From NCBI GenBank assembly GCA_900088475.1, contig FLMG01004145.1:1-38771 (forward strand): a stretch of 38,771 bases of DNA, given 5' to 3'. This DNA comes from Hyphochytrium catenoides. Taxonomy: Eukaryota; Protista; Hyphochytriomycota. Under the pieces are notes generated by a model. It worked only from the letters and a program-made list of their open reading frames with translations, ran no database searches and had not been told where the DNA came from. Each line of letters starts with the position of its first letter. Positions within the stretch are counted from its first letter, which is position 1. The position numbers and the translations under genes were made by a program. Below, piece after piece: positions 34,819 to 38,771 of this stretch.

Positions 34819-36227
34819 TTACAGCTTGCCCTGCTCCTTGAAGGCTTCCAGCATGGTCACGCCTAAGCGGCTAGGTGACTCTGAAACACGCACGCCGGCT
34901 GCTCGCAGTGCCTCGATCTTCTGGTTTGCGCCTCCTTTGCCGCCAGAGATAATGGCGCCGGCGTGACCTAATACCAAACAAGAGAAAGAGAGAGAGAGAT
35001 TCTGTTACGGCCCACTCAGGCAGAGTAATAGGACTGAGAAGAGATAGGAAAAGAAGCACCACGCGGAAGCAAGGAAGTGCGCCTCACCCATCCTCCTGCC
35101 GGGAGGAGCCGTGAGTCCTGCGATGAAGCTGACGACTGGCTTGTCGGGGTCACCGTGCTCCTTCAACCATGCCGCTGCCTCCTCCTCAGCAGTGCCTCCA
35201 ATCTCGCCGATCATGATAATACCTGCACACATCCAACGTCNNNNNNNNNNNNNNNNNNNNNNNNNNNNNNNNNNNNNNNNNNNNNNNNGCCAAGTGGTTA
35301 CCCCTTCTGTCTCTGTTCTACTTCTAAACTTCGTAGGGAAGAGCTCTCCTGCCTCTATTTGCCTTCGACCCAGGACTTGCTTCTCTTGTCTCAGTATCTC
35401 TCACAAGCCCTCCAATTCATTAAGCGTCCAGCTTCAACGCCTGGAGCCCCGGCTCCCTCACCTTCAGTCTGAGGATCCTTAGTGAACCTCTCCAAGCAGT
35501 CAATGAAGTTTGTCCCGTTGAAGGGATCGCCTCCAATGCCGACACAAGTAGACTGTCCTAGACCCACTGCGGTCGTTTGACCAACTGCCTCATACGTCAA
35601 AGTGCCTGAACGGGATACAATGCCAACTCTTCCCTTCTTGTGGATGGCGCCAGGCATGATACCAATCTTGCACTCTCCAGGCTTGATGATGCCGGGACAG
35701 TTTGGCCCAATGAGGCGGCTCTTGGACTGACGGGAGAGGTGGTACTTGACCTGATTGTACAATAGCCGCACAAAGAGAGAGAGAGAGAAAGAGAAAGAGA
35801 TGGAAGTAAGCGGGAGAACAAGGGAAGAGAAATGGCATTCGGTAAGAGGCGAGTGGAAGAGAAAAGACAGATGGAATCACGTGGAAAGGATTCGCCAGGC
35901 GTTCATGATAGATGGGAGGCGGAGCAAGACCGACGCGTCGCTAGCTGTGGCCATTGAGTCATCAGACGAAAGGGGGAGAAGAGAAAGAAGCGTTAGAGTT
36001 CTGGCCGCCCCTACCTTGACCATATCTTGCACAGGAATGCCCTCAGTGATGGCCACAATGAGCGGGATCTCATTCTCTATAGCGTCCAGGATGGCAGCAG
36101 CGCAGAAAGGAGGAGGAACGTAAATGACGGTGGCGTCAGGCTTGACCTCCTTGACAGCCTAAGAGTGATACCGGCAGGTCAGGTACCAGCCATGAAATAG
36201 GGAAAAAGGGAGACCTTCAGAGAGAGA

Positions 36228-36268
<41 letters not shown>

Positions 36269-36910
36269 GCGCAGGACCAAGGAGGAAAGCAAAGCTGTGC
36301 AGAAGAGAAGGCAACGGTCTTCCCTATGCCATTAAGCTGAAGAGAGTGAGCAAGCAATGAAGAGACTTTTGATTGTGACACGAGAGAGAGAGAGAGAAAA
36401 AAAGAGGGGCAGATCAAACCTCTTCAACAGTGTTGAACACTGGCAGTCCGAGGTGAGTCTGTCCTCCCTTCTTCGGCGTAACACCGCCGACCATCTTGGT
36501 GCCATAGTCAATGGCTTGCTTCGAGTGGAAGGTTCCCTGCCGCAACAAGGGAGATGTCAGTATGAAGAATGAGAGAGAGAGAGGGACAGCGAGAGAGACA
36601 GTACGCTGTAGTGGCTGACCAAAGAGAGAGAGAGAAAAGCTGCATATCAAGCTCTGCTCGCCAGTCCCGCACACCCACAGAGGGAGAGAGAGAATGAAAG
36701 GGAGAGAGACCAGCAAAATGAGCGAGAGAGAGTGAGGAGCGATCCCCGCGCTTCCTATTGGCCTTACGTTACCTGTTTGCCGGTAAAACCTTGGCAGAGG
36801 ACGCGAGTATTTTTATCAATCCAGACACGGGCGGTCTGAGACATGTGCCGCGCCTGCACTGGCGCCTTTGGCAGGACAGCGAGCGTTCTGAGAGAGAGTG
36901 AAGAGTTCAT
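34819..36910 (-). CDS. SUCLG1: Succinyl-CoA ligase alpha subunit, mitochondrial; multi-exon
   Basis: Presequence-like [24 protein letters not shown], then [12 protein letters not shown]|[64 protein letters not shown]|GHAGA (phospho-His). Ends EQGKL*. Confidence 0.97.
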
Positions 36911-37072
36911 AGTGCCTAACCCTAGTAGATACAAAGCTCTGCGGCAGTCTGGGGCATGCAATGGCTGTGGGAGAGAGTAGACACTTCAGCGTCCACGATA
37001 GACAATGCTTGACAAGGCTCGCTAAGATGAAGCTTATCGGGAGGAAATCTTCACTCCAAACTCTCCTGACTG

Positions 37073-37094
37073 AAGAGAAAAAGGAGAGAGAGAC

Positions 37095-37139
<45 letters not shown>

Positions 37140-37155
37140 AAGAGAGGAGAGCAAG

Positions 37156-37193
<38 letters not shown>

Positions 37194-37322
37194 AGAGAGC
37201 GAGAGAAAAAGAGAGAGAGAGAGAAAAAGAGAGAGAGCGAGAAAAAGAGAGAGAGAGAAGCTGAGAGAGAGAGAGAGAGGAAAAGGAGAGAGAGAGAGAG
37301 AAAGAGAGAAAGAGAGAGAGGG
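37073..37322. repeat. Long degenerate (GA)n polypurine tract
   Basis: ~250 nt almost entirely A/G. Confidence 0.92.
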
Positions 37323-37904
37323 GGAGGATGAAGAGGTTGAGGTGCCTGGCAGTCATCTCTCCATTGCTCAAAGGCACCAGACACACGAGGCCCAGTGGGT
37401 AACCATAGGAAGAGGAGTGCGAACGGAATGGAGACAGGATTGCACTAGACAGAGGAGAGAGACGCAAATTGAGCCTGAGTTTATTTGTATAATGGAGAGA
37501 CAGAAGATAGTGAGATAGTCAAGCGAAGAGACAGAGTGCGATAGAGAGATGACAGACACCCGTAATACCCCTAATGCGAATCCCAGATGCAATAAGTCCG
37601 CTATAGCGATATTTGCGGTCTTACCCCATCAGCGAGTCCCCAACAGATTCCCTCAGTAAACCGTATATCTTCCTGTTAATAACTGGCATTCAGGCACACA
37701 GAGCAAGAGTGGGAAGCTTGTCAACAGTACCGCCCTTGATATGGCGGAAGGAATAACAGCACGATTCCGGAGATACTGTCAAATCTGTACTAGGAAGAGA
37801 GAAGCACGTTAGCGGCTACTCGGTGAAGGAAGCCTCTGACATCTTTCTGATCCGTTTTCCCCTCTTTCTTTCTGCTGTCCTCCTCCTGTGACGATGACGG
37901 CAGG

Positions 37905-37981
<77 letters not shown>

Positions 37982-37982
37982 T
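37905..37982. repeat. (CT)n microsatellite
   Basis: Near-perfect CT run. Confidence 0.92.
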
Positions 37983-38113
37983 GTGTGTCTCTCGAGAGTT
38001 TGTTCCTCGTTTGCTCTCCCATTGTCATTCCCCTGTAACTCTTGCCCGCTTCCTTCCCTTCCCCTTCCACTATCCGTTCCATCTCCATGCGTCTCTTCAG
38101 CTTCGTCTCTTAC

Positions 38114-38288
38114 CGGACGCTAGATATCCGAGACAGTCATTTTCCAACAGCTGCTCTAGGGGTAACTGGTTGCAGGAGACTGAGCCAGAGGCCATCAGGG
38201 AGGTGTCCCTCTTCCGACCAGATGTGCTATAAAAGCCAACGCACGCTCGGAGGAAGACGCTCTTCCCACTTCCATGTGGTCCGATCAC
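38114..38288 (-). CDS. Exon with Walker A motif, resembling the start of an ABC (ABCG-like) nucleotide-binding domain; gene incomplete or truncated
   Basis: AG|VIGPHGSGKSVFLRACVGF...SGSVSCN...CLGYLAS|GT. No convincing downstream exon with an ABC signature or Walker B motif before SUCLG1. Confidence 0.38.
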
Positions 38289-38302
38289 CTAGAACGCGGG
38301 AG

Positions 38303-38391
38303 CGAGAGAAAGAGAGAGAGAGGAGAGAGAGAAGAGGTGCAAAGGGGAGGGGAGAGAGACAGAGAGAGAGAGTAGAGAGAGTAGAGAGAGA

Positions 38392-38445
<54 letters not shown>

Positions 38446-38482
38446 GAGACAGAGAAAGAAAGAGGGAGAGAAAGAGAAGGAG
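38303..38482. repeat. Degenerate (GA)n tract
   Basis: ~180 nt GA-rich run, CT on the sense strand of the intron upstream of the P-loop exon. Confidence 0.88.
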
Positions 38483-38688
38483 TGTAACGGATCGCTGAGG
38501 AAGAGTGTAAAGCAGCGCTAAGCAGAGCATGAGAATGTAAGAGAGATATGAGGACAATAGGAAGAGTATAGGACCAAGAAGAGGTAATGCAGAAGTATCG
38601 GATAGGCTGGGCTGAGCCGAGCAATAACGATATATACATATAGAGAGAATAGAAGAGTGGGAAAGAGGGAACAGGGAACAGAAAGAGA

Positions 38689-38719
<31 letters not shown>

Positions 38720-38771
38720 CAGAGACAGAGAGAGAACAAAGGAGAGAGAGCAGAGGAGAGAGGCACCAATT

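Noticed and set aside
34819-34830. C-terminal GKL of SUCLG1 as a peroxisomal PTS1
   Set aside because: Non-canonical tripeptide, and the protein has a mitochondrial-type presequence.
28601-36910. Metabolic gene cluster (hydrolase, cystathionine gamma-synthase, succinyl-CoA ligase supplying O-succinylhomoserine)
   Set aside because: Adjacency of housekeeping genes is expected in a compact genome. No homoserine acyltransferase is present and the compartments probably differ.
36816-37518. Long ORFs rich in SLSLSL or RERERE (also at ~1518-2700, 16326-17267, 18189-19323, 23421-23965, 28076-29013, 37816-38769)
   Set aside because: Translations of GA/CT microsatellites, which lack stop codons. They are not genes.

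Overview
Intron-dense eukaryotic (protist-like, tentatively stramenopile-like) genomic DNA with abundant (GA)n/(CT)n microsatellites and six short N-gaps. Most ORFs in the supplied track are microsatellite artefacts, so I rebuilt the genes by hand from GT-AG junctions and exon phase. In order: the 3' end of a uracil-DNA glycosylase; a 19-exon, ~690-aa gene joining a helical N-terminus and two transmembrane segments to a Tubby domain; an intronless HTH-psq/CENP-B DNA-binding protein with no DDE domain; a large 14-KH vigilin/Scp160-like gene with an N-terminal Bfr1/PPI-like coiled coil; a small charged hypothetical protein; a 6xKelch-SAM-RING E3 ligase; a 6-phosphofructo-2-kinase whose bisphosphatase domain looks inactive; an FSH1/OVCA2 serine hydrolase; a Duo1-like DASH/Dam1 kinetochore subunit with an SxIP motif; an intronless STR2-type cystathionine gamma-synthase; succinyl-CoA ligase alpha; and a P-loop (ABC-like) exon at the right edge. 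The strongest candidates for novelty are the membrane-anchored Tubby protein that appears to have lost its PIP2-binding KxR motif, and the Bfr1-like + 14-KH fusion. All family assignments come from motif recognition, not database searches.
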